From contig CAXXFL010000007.1 in assembly GCA_963674965.2 (NCBI GenBank), positions 256,001 to 320,000 of the forward strand: 64,000 bases of DNA. The letters are read 5' to 3'. Positions within the stretch are counted from its first letter, which is position 1. Each line of letters begins with the position of its first letter. The notes beneath the pieces are model-generated. The model saw nothing but the letters and a program-made list of their open reading frames with translations. It was not told where the DNA came from and made no database searches. Source of the DNA: a bacterium (GTDB lineage Bacteria > RBG-13-61-14 > DATKZS01). Positions 39,513 through 49,872 of this stretch are shown here, piece by piece. Made by a program: the position numbers and the translations under genes.

Positions 39513-42097
39513 AATTCCCATTCTCCTTGCCGGCCGCCGTCCTCGCTGGACTTTATCTTCACCGCCACCGAGTAGTTGCCAACCGTGTTATCGTATTGGT
39601 AAACCCTTCTTGTGGCCTTTTTATCAAAGGACCCCTTGAGTTTAAGTTCCAATATTCCCCCGCTCTCGAACTCGTTCCTACAGCATCCCGAGTACTTATA
39701 AGAAACCCTCCGGACCTCCTGGCCATCCACGGACAAAGTCTCCTTCCCCTCGATGGTCAAGGCATCTTTTTTCACCTCGCGATACAAGCCAAGGGAGTCC
39801 CCGTCCGGCAGGCTGTAAAACAAATCAACCAAAAGCTCTCCCGCCGTCGAGCCCTCCAGTTCCTCGGGCAGGGCCACGTACACCGCCGGCTGGTTGTAGG
39901 ACTGGAACTCGGGATAGCCCTCGCTCAGGCCGCAGCCCATTTTCTTCCATTCCCTGTGCCAGGGCGAGTCGTTTAGGCTCCATCGTCCGCAGCCGGGGAA
40001 ATCCCCTGAAAGAGCGTAATTATAGTCCTGAATAAGAACGGGCAAATATCTCCACGGGTCCTTTTTCGTTCTCGAATCATCAATGGAGAGGTCCACCACC
40101 AGAAGAGTATTCGAGATGTTCCGCTTGACCTCGCTCGGCGCGGCAAGCGCGTCTTCACTTGCGCCCTTCACCCATCCCAGGAAATAGGGGCCCTGCCTCG
40201 CGTCAAGCAAGACGGCGTCGTCTCCGTACATTCCCCTCACCGACGCCGTGTTCACGCCGCGGTCCCGAAGAAGCTCCAGAAGAACGTTCTGGTTCATGGT
40301 CCGCCGGTCGTTCCCATACCTGTCGCGCATGCCCCCTTCTTTACCCGGACGCTCGAGCTTGAAGCTTGACAGGTCGACGCTCCAGGCCTTATCCGTTTCC
40401 TTCAACTCGTAAAGATGGCCGTTGACGAACAAATTGGGCGATTCGATCTCGTAATCCGTTTCGTTAACAAGCTCTCCCTTCAGCCCGGACTCGGTAAGGG
40501 CCAGTTCGCCCGATATCGCGCCCTTAATCTCCCTTTGCCCGGTAACCAGGAGGAGCCTGAAGGTGCTGGCGCGGACCCGATAATCCTCGACCCTGCCCGG
40601 TCCCTCCTGGATGAAGGTCAGGGGACTATCTCCGCCGCCGGACAATCCGAAAGACTTTGGCCCCGCGGGATAGCCGTACGGGTCCAGGCTGATATCGGAC
40701 CCCGCCATGGGCTCCCTTGCCAGTCCGAAAGGAACGGCCAGGTCCGCCTCGTATGTCCGAGTGCGCGCCGTCAATATCCCGGTGAAGGCGGCGACCTCCG
40801 CCCCGCTTTCCCCTTGCCGAAGGCGAAGTATCTCCACTTTCTCGAGCTCGCTCACCTTGGCCCTTCCCACCGTCCCGAATATGGCCGCGTAGGCCGTGAA
40901 GCCGATCGAGAGGAAAACCATGGTATACCAGGCCCATTCCAGGCGCTTGAGACGCCAGAAGACCAGGAAATTGATAACGATGGCGAAAAGGAAATACAGA
41001 CCCAGATAGAGAAGTATCGACCCCCGCGAGGCAATGCGCACCCCCGCGGATATGGGAATCCTGGAAAGGCAAGTCCCGGCGGCGGCGTCAAGGTTTAGCC
41101 CGTTCGCCCGCCGGCTCGAGCAAACGTCGCGCCACAGCGCCCCGTAGCCCTCGCTGGACTGAAGGCCGCGCCCGGCCGCGTCGACCGCTATCGCCACCGC
41201 TTTCCCCTGCCCGATCGAGCGAGCGGTGGCCAGCGTCGCCTCCTCGCCCAGGCGTTTCACGCCATCGTCCGCCAGAAGCTCCGTAAAGACAAGCTCGCGG
41301 TCCTCCAGCGCGCCTCGCCGATACTCGGACGGAAAAACCTCGCGCGCCAAGTCCCCTTCCTTGATGATGGACTGGGACCCGATGCGAACGCCTAAAAGGT
41401 CCTCCACCCACGTGCCCTTGTACTTGGGAGCGTTCGCCCCCAGGCTCACCACCAGGTTGCCGCCTCCTCGCACGTAGTTCTCGAGCAGCTCGCGGCGCTT
41501 CTCGCCTATCCGGCCCGGGTCCACGTCCCCCATGATTATCACGTCAAAGGACTCGTAACACTGAGGATAATCGGCCAGAAAGGCGAGGGATGCGCCCTTC
41601 AAGTTCTCCCGGTAGAAGCGTCTCCGGGATGACTCGCCCAGGACGACGGCGCTTAAAAAGCCGTAGTCCGTTACTCTTTCATCCAATACCAGGGTGAGGA
41701 AGTCGTCGTTTTTGATGGGCGTAAGGTCCATCCAGACGGGAGCGTCCAGGACCATCCTCTCCCCGTCGAAGACGCGGGCCTCGAGCCTGGCCGCGCCCTT
41801 CAAATAGGCGTGAAGCCTGAACCGCTTGCGCGAGCCCCTGGGCAGCTCGGCTTTTACCCGGTATATGGGGCTTTGCGCGTCGCCCATGACCGACAGGGTC
41901 CTCACCTCGACCCAGCCCGACGCGTCCCGCCCGTCGTTGTCTATCAGGACGTCGATGGGTACCCAGCTTCCCTCGCGAAAGGCCGAGCCGTGATTGACCA
42001 GAAGCCTCACGTTCATCCCGCCCTGGCCGGAAGCGGCCGCCGGGACTAGAGCCAGGACGGCCAAGATCAATAATGGAAGTTTCACTCTCAAATCCAT
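39503..42097 (-). CDS. Large exported/membrane protein with GATase-like (DUF4350-like) domain
   Basis: Signal peptide from ATG 42097; GSWVPI; YESFDVIIMGD...LENYVRGGGNLVV; central TM hairpin (INFLVFWRLKRLEWAW). Confidence 0.6.
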   Translation of the reverse strand: MDLRVKLPLLILAVLALVPAAASGQGGMNVRLLVNHGSAFREGSWVPIDVLIDNDGRDASGWVEVRTLSVMGDAQSPIYRVKAELPRGSRKRFRLHAYLKGAARLEARVFDGERMVLDAPVWMDLTPIKNDDFLTLVLDERVTDYGFLSAVVLGESSRRRFYRENLKGASLAFLADYPQCYESFDVIIMGDVDPGRIGEKRRELLENYVRGGGNLVVSLGANAPKYKGTWVEDLLGVRIGSQSIIKEGDLAREVFPSEYRRGALEDRELVFTELLADDGVKRLGEEATLATARSIGQGKAVAIAVDAAGRGLQSSEGYGALWRDVCSSRRANGLNLDAAAGTCLSRIPISAGVRIASRGSILLYLGLYFLFAIVINFLVFWRLKRLEWAWYTMVFLSIGFTAYAAIFGTVGRAKVSELEKVEILRLRQGESGAEVAAFTGILTARTRTYEADLAVPFGLAREPMAGSDISLDPYGYPAGPKSFGLSGGGDSPLTFIQEGPGRVEDYRVRASTFRLLLVTGQREIKGAISGELALTESGLKGELVNETDYEIESPNLFVNGHLYELKETDKAWSVDLSSFKLERPGKEGGMRDRYGNDRRTMNQNVLLELLRDRGVNTASVRGMYGDDAVLLDARQGPYFLGWVKGASEDALAAPSEVKRNISNTLLVVDLSIDDSRTKKDPWRYLPVLIQDYNYALSGDFPGCGRWSLNDSPWHREWKKMGCGLSEGYPEFQSYNQPAVYVALPEELEGSTAGELLVDLFYSLPDGDSLGLYREVKKDALTIEGKETLSVDGQEVRRVSYKYSGCCRNEFESGGILELKLKGSFDKKATRRVYQYDNTVGNYSVAVKIKSSEDGGRQGEWELWK

Positions 42098-44001
42098 GCC
42101 CTCCGAGCGTAGATAATCCATTCCACCGCCAGAACCATGAGCGCGATCAATAGAAGCGCTCGCCAATACTCGCGGTTTCTCGTCAACTTGGCGGAAGTCG
42201 CGGCCCGCTCTCCTCTCCCGACGGATATCGAGTCCGCCGGCCCCAGGTCGCTCTCGTTCTTATCGAGAAGGCTCACCGCGAAACTCTCGAGGCGTCCTCC
42301 ATAGTCGGCCACGTAAACGCCCGCCATATCCGTGTCCCCGAAGTACACCGGACGGGTTGGATCGAGAACCACCTTCTCGGCGCCGCCGTCCGGCTTCGTG
42401 ACGACGGCCGACTCGGCGCCCGGCTCGAACAAGGGAAGAGGAGAGCCGGTCTTGAGCGTCGTCTTTATCTCCGCCGATTCACCCGGGGCCCAGTTGAGCA
42501 GGTTCTGCACGAACACGGGAAAGGACAGGCGCAGCGGCCAGTCCGACTGGGCCAGGTCGAAGGCGACCACCACTATCCTTCGCTCTCCTTCCGACGCGTC
42601 AAGAAGCAGCGGACCCTCCCTCGAGGAAATCAGCTCGACGCTTCCCTCCCGGGCCACGAGCTTCATGGCCTTCATCACCGTAAGGTTGGTCGGGTTCACG
42701 AACCTGGTGAGCGGATGATCGGGATCGGCCGCCAGCGCCGGGGGCCTGGATATCTCGCCCGCCCTCGAAACTCCCCGCGCGGGTGGGACGGCGTTGATAA
42801 ACAACATGCCTCCCTTTTCGGGCAAGGTTTGCGGGGCCCATCCATCGAACACGATCAGGTCGTAATCGCCCGGCTCCATGAACCGGTAATTCGAGGTCGT
42901 GGCGAAACCAAGCTCGACCCTTTTATCAAGGCTGAGGGCGCGTCTAATAAAGTAGGCGCCCGTCGAGTCGTCCGAGGCCACCAGCAGGACCCGGATTTTC
43001 TCCGACGGCGAAAGCGTCGTCCAGGCCGCGTTGTCCGAGGCCAGGGCGTCGGTCACGTCGAGCTCGGCCCGCATAGTCTCCACCCCCAGGTCGGGCAGGG
43101 AATATATGAAGTCCTCGGACGCCCCGGGCCCGACCTCGATCTCGGAGACCGATAAGAGGCCTTCCCCCGCGTAAAGCGACAAGGCGGTTTCGAGCGTCGT
43201 CCCGCCGCCGTTGAAAACGGTGACAAGCGCCTGCCGCTCTCCCCGGCCCTCGGGGGGCGATCGGACGGAGAAGGCCGTGATGCCCGCGTTGTCCGAGGTC
43301 CGTCCCACTTTTAAATACCTGAGACGAGACGTAAGCTCGCCAAGCGACTCCTCGTCCTCGATCCCGCCGTCGCTTATCAGGATGACCTCGAGGTCGGAAA
43401 CCACGCTGGGAACGTCCGGATTGTCGGGAGAAAGGGAGCGGACTATCTGCACCGCCTCCTTGATGGACGTCCGGGCGTCGGTCGGCTCGATGGAAGCGAT
43501 CGCCTCCCGGAGACGGGAGAGATCGTCCGTCAGCTCGCACGGTACCTCGGAGCGGTCGGCGAAGGAGATGAGCATTAACTTGTCGCCCTTTACGGCCCGG
43601 TTGACCACGTCGGTGGCCATGGCCTTGGCCATTTCCAATCTGGTACCGTTTTCCTCGGCCGCGCTCATGCTGGCGGACCGGTCGATGAGAATGCAAGCCC
43701 TCGAGCCGGGCGCGCCCTCGGACTCCAGGTAGGGCCGGGAAAGGGCCGCCACCGCCAAGAGTAGCGCCAGTATCTGGAGAAAAAGGAGGAGGTTCCTTTT
43801 CAGTTTCTGGAAGGGAGCGTTGGCGCTCATGTCCTCCAGGCTCCTCAGCCAGAGCATGGTGCTCGAGATTATTACCTCCGTGCGCCGCAGCTTGAGAAGA
43901 TAAAGCAAGATCACCACCGGTATGGCGGCCAGGAAACCGAGGAAGGCGGGCGATAAAAAAGCGCCGCTCAGAAATCCCAGGGCCGACGCGACCGGGCTCA
44001 T
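42088..44001 (-). CDS. BatA N-terminal plus vWA domain membrane protein
   Basis: PVVILLYLLKLRR...ISSTMLW...LLLFLQ...ALSRP; MIDAS IDRSASM; ISDG; C-terminal TM REYWR...VEW; start reassigned to 44001. Confidence 0.88.
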   Translation of the reverse strand: MSPVASALGFLSGAFLSPAFLGFLAAIPVVILLYLLKLRRTEVIISSTMLWLRSLEDMSANAPFQKLKRNLLLFLQILALLLAVAALSRPYLESEGAPGSRACILIDRSASMSAAEENGTRLEMAKAMATDVVNRAVKGDKLMLISFADRSEVPCELTDDLSRLREAIASIEPTDARTSIKEAVQIVRSLSPDNPDVPSVVSDLEVILISDGGIEDEESLGELTSRLRYLKVGRTSDNAGITAFSVRSPPEGRGERQALVTVFNGGGTTLETALSLYAGEGLLSVSEIEVGPGASEDFIYSLPDLGVETMRAELDVTDALASDNAAWTTLSPSEKIRVLLVASDDSTGAYFIRRALSLDKRVELGFATTSNYRFMEPGDYDLIVFDGWAPQTLPEKGGMLFINAVPPARGVSRAGEISRPPALAADPDHPLTRFVNPTNLTVMKAMKLVAREGSVELISSREGPLLLDASEGERRIVVVAFDLAQSDWPLRLSFPVFVQNLLNWAPGESAEIKTTLKTGSPLPLFEPGAESAVVTKPDGGAEKVVLDPTRPVYFGDTDMAGVYVADYGGRLESFAVSLLDKNESDLGPADSISVGRGERAATSAKLTRNREYWRALLLIALMVLAVEWIIYARRAWI

Positions 44002-44891
44002 TTTATGGCCCCGCTTTTTCTGAGCACGCCCAAGGTCAGCGACTCGACCGAGTCGCCGCTCGAGACGAAGTGGTATCCCACTCCCCGCGCCATGCAGCGG
44101 GCCCGGACCGACCGTCGAAATTCCTCGAGACGGCGGGCGTAGGTCTTCAAGAGCCCCCGGCTGGCCGAGACCTCGGTCGCGTCTCCCGTCTCGCAGTCGA
44201 TCAATTTGAGGTCGCCCGAAATTCCCGGCTCGATTTCCTCGGGCGCGAGAACGTGGATAAGGTGGACGTCGGCGTCGGGACGAGCGAGCCACTTGATCGC
44301 CTCCCGGCCCTCTCCCTCCTCGAGCACGTCGGAAATAAGCACCGTCACTCCCCTGCCTCCCGTCCTGGCCACGTGAGACCGGCACCCCTCCTCGAGGCCG
44401 CCGGCCCCGCCGTCCTTGATCGACTCGAGGAAGGCGAAGAGCCGGGCCGCGTTTCTCTTGCCCATGGCGGGCGGCATATATTCCGACCGTCCGCCCTGGA
44501 TGGAAAAGGCCGTGACCCTGTCGTGGCCCGCCAGGCCCACGTAGCCGATGGCCGCCGCCAGTCGCCGGGCGAAGTCGAGCTTGGTCGGGTCTCCGAAACC
44601 CATCGAGGCGCTGGCGTCGATTAACAGGTGCAGCGTCAGGTCCTCCTGGTCCTCGAAAAGCTTGAGGTACAAGGAGTCGAGACGGGCGTAGGCGTTCCAG
44701 TCGACTCTTCTCAAGTCGTCTCCCTGCGCGTAGTCACGATAATCGGCGAACTCGAGGCTCGAGCCCCTCTTCCTGCTCCGCCGCTCGCCCTTGGTCCTTC
44801 CCGCCCTCGCCTTTTTGGCGGCCACGGAGAGCCGCTCGAGTCTGGCTATAAACTCGGGATCGAGCAGGCCCCTGTCCGTCCTGGTCTTCAT
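43998..44891 (-). CDS. DUF58 domain protein
   Basis: GSSLEFADYRDYAQGDDLRRVDWN..AR, IDASASM, LISD; start reassigned to 44891. Confidence 0.92.
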   Translation of the reverse strand: MKTRTDRGLLDPEFIARLERLSVAAKKARAGRTKGERRSRKRGSSLEFADYRDYAQGDDLRRVDWNAYARLDSLYLKLFEDQEDLTLHLLIDASASMGFGDPTKLDFARRLAAAIGYVGLAGHDRVTAFSIQGGRSEYMPPAMGKRNAARLFAFLESIKDGGAGGLEEGCRSHVARTGGRGVTVLISDVLEEGEGREAIKWLARPDADVHLIHVLAPEEIEPGISGDLKLIDCETGDATEVSASRGLLKTYARRLEEFRRSVRARCMARGVGYHFVSSGDSVESLTLGVLRKSGAIK

Positions 44892-44928
44892 CGATTTCCT
44901 TTCCTCTCCATCGGCGTTTCCTTGCGCG

Positions 44929-45918
44929 CTATTTCGCCGGCTTGCCAACGCCGGACAGAACGTCACGGACGAGCGCGTCGGCGGTCACGCCTTCCGCCTC
45001 GCCCTCGAAGTTCATAAGTACCCGGTGCCGCAGCGCCGGCAAGGCCGCGCCGGCCACGTCGTCGAAAGCCGCGTTATAACGCCCGTCCCGCAGCGCCGCC
45101 ACCTTTGCCGCCAGGATAAGGGCCTGGGCCCCTCTCGGGCTGGAGCCGAACCTGGCGTACTTTTTCACCGACTCCGGGGCCGTCTCGTCGCCGGGCCGCG
45201 TGGCCATGACCAATCTCACCGCGTACTCCGTTACCTTCGGGGCCACCACCACGTCGCGGACGAACCTCTGCCACTTCAATATGGCCTCGCCGTCCATCAC
45301 CCTGGCCGCCTTGGGCTGGACGCTCGAGGTGGTCCTATCAAGTATGGCCGCCAGTTCATCGCCGCTGGGATACTCGATCAGCAGCTTGAAGAAAAACCGG
45401 TCAAGCTGGGCCTCGGGAAGCGGATATGTGCCCTCCATCTCGATGGGGTTCTGCGTGGCCAAAACGAAAAAAGGGTCCGAAAGGCGGTGAACCTCGCGGG
45501 CAACGCTTACCGTGCGCTCCTGCATGGCCTCGAGCAGGGCCGACTGGGTCTTGGGCGTGGCGCGGTTAATCTCGTCGGCCAGGATCACGCTCGAGAAAAT
45601 GGGACCTGCCCTGAAGCGTAGGTCACGCCTTCCGGTCTCGTCCTCCACCACCATGTTGGTCCCGATGATATCGGCGGGCATCAGGTCGGGAGTGAACTGG
45701 ATTCTGGAAAAGGGAAGGTCCAGCGCGTCGGCCAGGGACCGTATCAAAAGGGTCTTGCCAAGGCCCGGCACGCCCTCCAGCAAACAATGGCCGCCGGCGA
45801 AGAGGCAGGTCAAGAGTCCGTCCACCACGGTCTCGGCCCCCACGATCACCTTGCCCAGTTCCGTTCTCACCGACTGGAAAGCCTCCCTGAACTCCTCCGC
45901 CATTCTTTCCGTCTCCAT
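44929..45918 (-). CDS. MoxR-family AAA+ ATPase
   Basis: GVPGLGKT, RIQFTPDLMPAD, ADEINRATPKTQSALLEAM, ATQNPIEMEGTYPLPEAQLDRF, SPRG. Confidence 0.96.
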   Translation of the reverse strand: METERMAEEFREAFQSVRTELGKVIVGAETVVDGLLTCLFAGGHCLLEGVPGLGKTLLIRSLADALDLPFSRIQFTPDLMPADIIGTNMVVEDETGRRDLRFRAGPIFSSVILADEINRATPKTQSALLEAMQERTVSVAREVHRLSDPFFVLATQNPIEMEGTYPLPEAQLDRFFFKLLIEYPSGDELAAILDRTTSSVQPKAARVMDGEAILKWQRFVRDVVVAPKVTEYAVRLVMATRPGDETAPESVKKYARFGSSPRGAQALILAAKVAALRDGRYNAAFDDVAGAALPALRHRVLMNFEGEAEGVTADALVRDVLSGVGKPAK

Positions 45919-45920
45919 GA

Positions 45921-48857
45921 CTATTCCTCCTTTTTTCCGCCGCCGGGCTTGGATCGCTTTTCCCGATCGGCGGCCCGCTTTTTCGCCTCGAGCAACTTGC
46001 TCGTGTACTCGGTCTTGCCCAGAGCCGGGCCCGAGGGTCTTTCCGCTTGTTCCTTATCCGAGGGTCCCTTAGTTTCTACCGCTCCGGGTCCGATCGTCTT
46101 TTGGACCATCGGCGTCTCCCGCTCCTTGCCGAACTCTCGAGAAGCGTCGCCCGCTGCCTCATAAGTCCCGGTGGCCCGATCGGCCCGCTCCTTACGCCAA
46201 CCTCTCGCGAGCCCTCCCACTACGGGAGCCCTCTCGAGGGAGGCGAGGATTTCCCCAGGCCCGATCCTGACTCTCCGCAAAAATATCTCGACCGGCAACA
46301 TCAACACGGCCAGCGACGCCAGGTATTGCCAGATGGGCGTCACGCCGGGCGTGGCTATAAGGTCATGGACAAAGGGGGAGTCTCCCTTCTCGAGCACCCT
46401 TCCGCCGCCGGCCGCGGCGATCTTCTCGAGGTTGGCGCCATTGGTCGAGACGTACTCGTACTCCCTCGAGTAGCCCGCGGCGAGCCCGGTGGTCAAGGTC
46501 GAGACGTTCCCCTCTTGATTCTGGTAGGCCAGGTTGATCATATAGGCGCCGGTGGACTCGACGGGGAAGGCGGCCTCATAGACGCCGGGCCTGGTCTGAG
46601 ACAACTGGAGCGACGTTCTTTTATACTCCGGACCCGGACCGGTAACGACGGCCTTGGGCTTCAAATAGTTCACGAACTTGCCTTGCTCGTCCACGGCGTC
46701 CACTCTTACGTGGCCCACCCCGTCCTTGATGAAGGACTCGACGCTGAAGTCGGCCCGCGAGGAGTCCCGCATGACGTAGCGGACCGCGCGGGTCCAGAAC
46801 AGCCCGAAGTCCTCCCACCCCAGCCAGTCGGCGGCCCAGCGGCCGGTGGCGTCGGAGGTAAAGGCCACCGACTTGCCCAACCCGTAGCGCCAGTGGGCCA
46901 ATATGGGGTCCTTTTCGTCCGAGACGAGGGGAACCGTTGCGTTCTCCTTGGCCGTGGTTATCACGTAGCCTCTCAAACTCGGCATCGAGTCGAGGTCCAA
47001 GTCGGCTATCAATTCCGAGCCGTGATTGGGCGCGGGCTTGAAAACCCTCTCCTGGATCACGCCCCTTTTCACCACCGAGGCCTCCTTGGCGTAGATGAGG
47101 GGAAGGTTGTTGGCGTTGTTCACGAAGTAATAATTCCCGCCGGTCTTCTCGGCGATGGAGCGAAGCATCTTCTGGTCGCTCATGCCGTGGGGCGCGATAC
47201 AAACGGCGCTTACCGAGATTTTCGCCTCGTTCATTTTCTCCAGGATTCGGGGATCGGGGGCGGCCGGGTCGCCGTCCGAGATAATGACCACCCTCTTAAC
47301 GGCGGCGTCGACCTTGGCCAGAGCCGTGTAGGCCATCCCCAAAGTGGGAGTCACGTCGGGCATGTCCCCTATCGCGGCCGAGCCCTCGATGATGGCCTTC
47401 CTCATCTCCACCTTGTCCCGAACCGGCTGTATCTCGAATATCCACTGGTCTCCCGATTTCAGCGAGCCGGGATTATACATATAGCCGGACATGCCCATCA
47501 GGTCCTGGGCGGAAAGAACGTTGAGAGCGGCCAGCCCGATCTCCCTGGCCCAGGCGTTCCCGCTCGGTATCTCGCAGGTGTGCATGATAAGGACGAGGGC
47601 GCCCTTGGGCAGGGTCTTTCTTCTTTGAATGTCCATGTCCACGGGAAGGGCCTTCTCGATGGGGGAGCCAAGGTATCCGCCGGCCCCGAAGCTGTTGGGA
47701 CCTCCCACCGCCACCAGGCCGACGCCCAGGTCCCTCACGGCGACCTCGATGGCCGCGTGTTGAGAGGCGTCCAACTCGTTGGCCGCCACGTCCGAAAGTA
47801 TTATGGCGTCGAAGGCCTGGAGGTGGGCCAGGTCGGAGGGGACCTCAGCCGGCGCGGCGCGGACCAGTTTGACGCCCTCCCGCGTGAGGACCTTGTCCAC
47901 TCGTCCTCCCCTGGACTCGTCCACCTCGACGTAAAGGACCTGGGGTTCGCCCCGCGCCACCGTAAAGGCCCGGCCCTGGTTATTGGCCTTGACCTTGTCC
48001 GAGTCCGTCTCGACTATTACCTCGTACTCGTAGAAGCCGGTCCCCTTCAGTTCCTGGGTGAGAAGGAACACGTTGTCTCCCTTTTGCAGGGTGACTCGGC
48101 GGGGACTGAGCATCCTTCTCCCGGTGGACGTCCGCTGAAAAACGCGAATCGTGGCCTCGCAGTCTCGACTGGAGCGGACCGTGACCCGAAGCTGGAACGG
48201 CTCTCCGATGGAGGCGGCGCCGGGGGCGTAGACCTCCCTGACCATCACCTCCGGTCCTTCCTCGAGGTAGACGGGCACGACGTCTACCACCGCGCCGGCG
48301 GCCCTGGCGGCCTTGGCCTCCTCCACCGCCGAGCCGATGGTTTCATTGCCGTCGGAAACAAGGACCACCCGCCTCATGTACCCTTGCGGAAAGGCGGCCA
48401 TGGCCAGGCGGATGGCCTGGGCCGCGTTCGTGTTCTCGCCTCCCACGAAGGACCGGATCGCGCCGAAGTTCATTTTCGGGGCCACGCCCAGCTCGATGCT
48501 CGAGTCCTCGCCGAAGACTATTATCCCAGCCTCGTCCCGCGAGGAGGCGCGCTCCTTGAAGACGCTCTTCACCCACTCGACCTGAGACTCGCGAGCGCGC
48601 TCGGGCACGCTGTCGCTCCCGTCGAGCAAAAAGAACACGGCGAGGCGGTCGCTTCGTTTCACCACCTCCGCCCCGGCGAGGGCCGAAATGATAAATAGAA
48701 AAATAAGCGACCGGATAGAGATAACGGACCATTTGCGGGATCGGGAAAGAGTACGTATCTTGGACCCGGTCCATATCACCGCGGGCAAAAGAAAGAGAAG
48801 AAGGAGGAACCAGGGGAACGAGAAGCGAAGGGAAGTACTTAAGGCGGCAAGGACCAT
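45921..48857 (-). CDS. Membrane-anchored protein with two vWA domains, an Ig-like region and a GATase1-like domain
   Basis: LDGSDSV + VSDG (vWA1); FDAIILSDV...GGPNSFGAGGY...ALPV; second vWA with ISDGD; PILAHWRYGLGKSVAFTSD; C-terminal TM. Confidence 0.85.
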   Translation of the reverse strand: MVLAALSTSLRFSFPWFLLLLFLLPAVIWTGSKIRTLSRSRKWSVISIRSLIFLFIISALAGAEVVKRSDRLAVFFLLDGSDSVPERARESQVEWVKSVFKERASSRDEAGIIVFGEDSSIELGVAPKMNFGAIRSFVGGENTNAAQAIRLAMAAFPQGYMRRVVLVSDGNETIGSAVEEAKAARAAGAVVDVVPVYLEEGPEVMVREVYAPGAASIGEPFQLRVTVRSSRDCEATIRVFQRTSTGRRMLSPRRVTLQKGDNVFLLTQELKGTGFYEYEVIVETDSDKVKANNQGRAFTVARGEPQVLYVEVDESRGGRVDKVLTREGVKLVRAAPAEVPSDLAHLQAFDAIILSDVAANELDASQHAAIEVAVRDLGVGLVAVGGPNSFGAGGYLGSPIEKALPVDMDIQRRKTLPKGALVLIMHTCEIPSGNAWAREIGLAALNVLSAQDLMGMSGYMYNPGSLKSGDQWIFEIQPVRDKVEMRKAIIEGSAAIGDMPDVTPTLGMAYTALAKVDAAVKRVVIISDGDPAAPDPRILEKMNEAKISVSAVCIAPHGMSDQKMLRSIAEKTGGNYYFVNNANNLPLIYAKEASVVKRGVIQERVFKPAPNHGSELIADLDLDSMPSLRGYVITTAKENATVPLVSDEKDPILAHWRYGLGKSVAFTSDATGRWAADWLGWEDFGLFWTRAVRYVMRDSSRADFSVESFIKDGVGHVRVDAVDEQGKFVNYLKPKAVVTGPGPEYKRTSLQLSQTRPGVYEAAFPVESTGAYMINLAYQNQEGNVSTLTTGLAAGYSREYEYVSTNGANLEKIAAAGGGRVLEKGDSPFVHDLIATPGVTPIWQYLASLAVLMLPVEIFLRRVRIGPGEILASLERAPVVGGLARGWRKERADRATGTYEAAGDASREFGKERETPMVQKTIGPGAVETKGPSDKEQAERPSGPALGKTEYTSKLLEAKKRAADREKRSKPGGGKKEE

Positions 48858-49828
48858 TAAAGCGCCTCCACCTTGAAATACTGCACGCGATGGTTATCGG
48901 TGTCGGCCACGTAAACCACGTTTTCCTCCGAGACCGCCACTCCCCTTGGTCCGTTGAACTCACCGGGGCCTCGACCGGGAGAGCCGTAGGAGGCGATGAA
49001 ATCCCCCTTGGGCCCAAACCGCGAGACGCGATGGGACCCGTACTCGCAAACGCAAACCGTTCCATCAGGGCCAATGGACAGGTCGTGGGGGAACCTCAAT
49101 TTGCCCTCGCCCTCACCCGGGCCTCCCATTATCCGAATCAACTCTCCATTTTCGGTGAACGCCTGGACGCGATGATTGGCCGTGTCCACCACCAGGATGG
49201 TCCCGTCCCCGGCGCGGCCGATGGCCATGGCGCGGTTAAGCTTTCCCGGGTCCGAGCCGTGTGCCCCCCATTGGAGGATTTGTTTCCTGTCAGGGCCGAA
49301 GGAGCGCACTCTTTCCGCGCCCACGCCGTACTCGGAGATAAAAAGCTTACCGTCAGGGGCCTGGACGACTCCGGTAGGGTAAACGAACTGATCGGGACCG
49401 TCGCCGTATTCACCCCACGAGAGAAGAAGCTCGCCCGAGGCGGAATACTCGAGCACGCGGCTGTAATGAGTATCGGGAATTAAAAATGCCCCGTCGAGCC
49501 GGAAGGATATGGCGGTTGGGGTCCCCAGCTCGGACTCGGGCAGCATGAAGCCGGAAAGATATTTTCCATCGCCGTCAAAGGTCTGGAACCTTCCCGAGGT
49601 GTCGATGACGTGGACAAGACCGTTCCTTGCCGCTATGGCCCGGGGCCGTAAAAAGGACCCATCCCGGAGGCCCCTTTCCCCAAAAAAGGAAAAGCCGTCC
49701 TTTGCGTCCCCTTTGCAGCGAACGCCTAAAAGGGCTGAAGCCGTCAACGCCAGAAAGTCCCTTCTTCCCACCGACAGCGGGAAATGGTTTTCTCCTATTC
49801 TATTACGCGCTCTGTCTGGATTCTTCAT
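48857..49828 (-). CDS. NHL-repeat beta-propeller protein, possible Tat lipoprotein
   Basis: Repeats FVYPTGV, VVDTANHRVQ, FNGPRGVAV, VADTDNHRVQ; GRRDFLALTASALLGVRC N-terminus. Confidence 0.88.
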   Translation of the reverse strand: MKNPDRARNRIGENHFPLSVGRRDFLALTASALLGVRCKGDAKDGFSFFGERGLRDGSFLRPRAIAARNGLVHVIDTSGRFQTFDGDGKYLSGFMLPESELGTPTAISFRLDGAFLIPDTHYSRVLEYSASGELLLSWGEYGDGPDQFVYPTGVVQAPDGKLFISEYGVGAERVRSFGPDRKQILQWGAHGSDPGKLNRAMAIGRAGDGTILVVDTANHRVQAFTENGELIRIMGGPGEGEGKLRFPHDLSIGPDGTVCVCEYGSHRVSRFGPKGDFIASYGSPGRGPGEFNGPRGVAVSEENVVYVADTDNHRVQYFKVEAL

Positions 49829-49872
49829 GCTCTTATTGGCGCGTCCATTCCTTATCGGCGGCCGGGCTCGCG

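Noticed and set aside
46047-48698. 883-aa ORF antisense to the vWA gene (similar shadows at 27468-28721 and 61559-62830)
   Set aside because: Explained by scarcity of TTA/CTA/TCA codons on the coding strand; no recognisable domains
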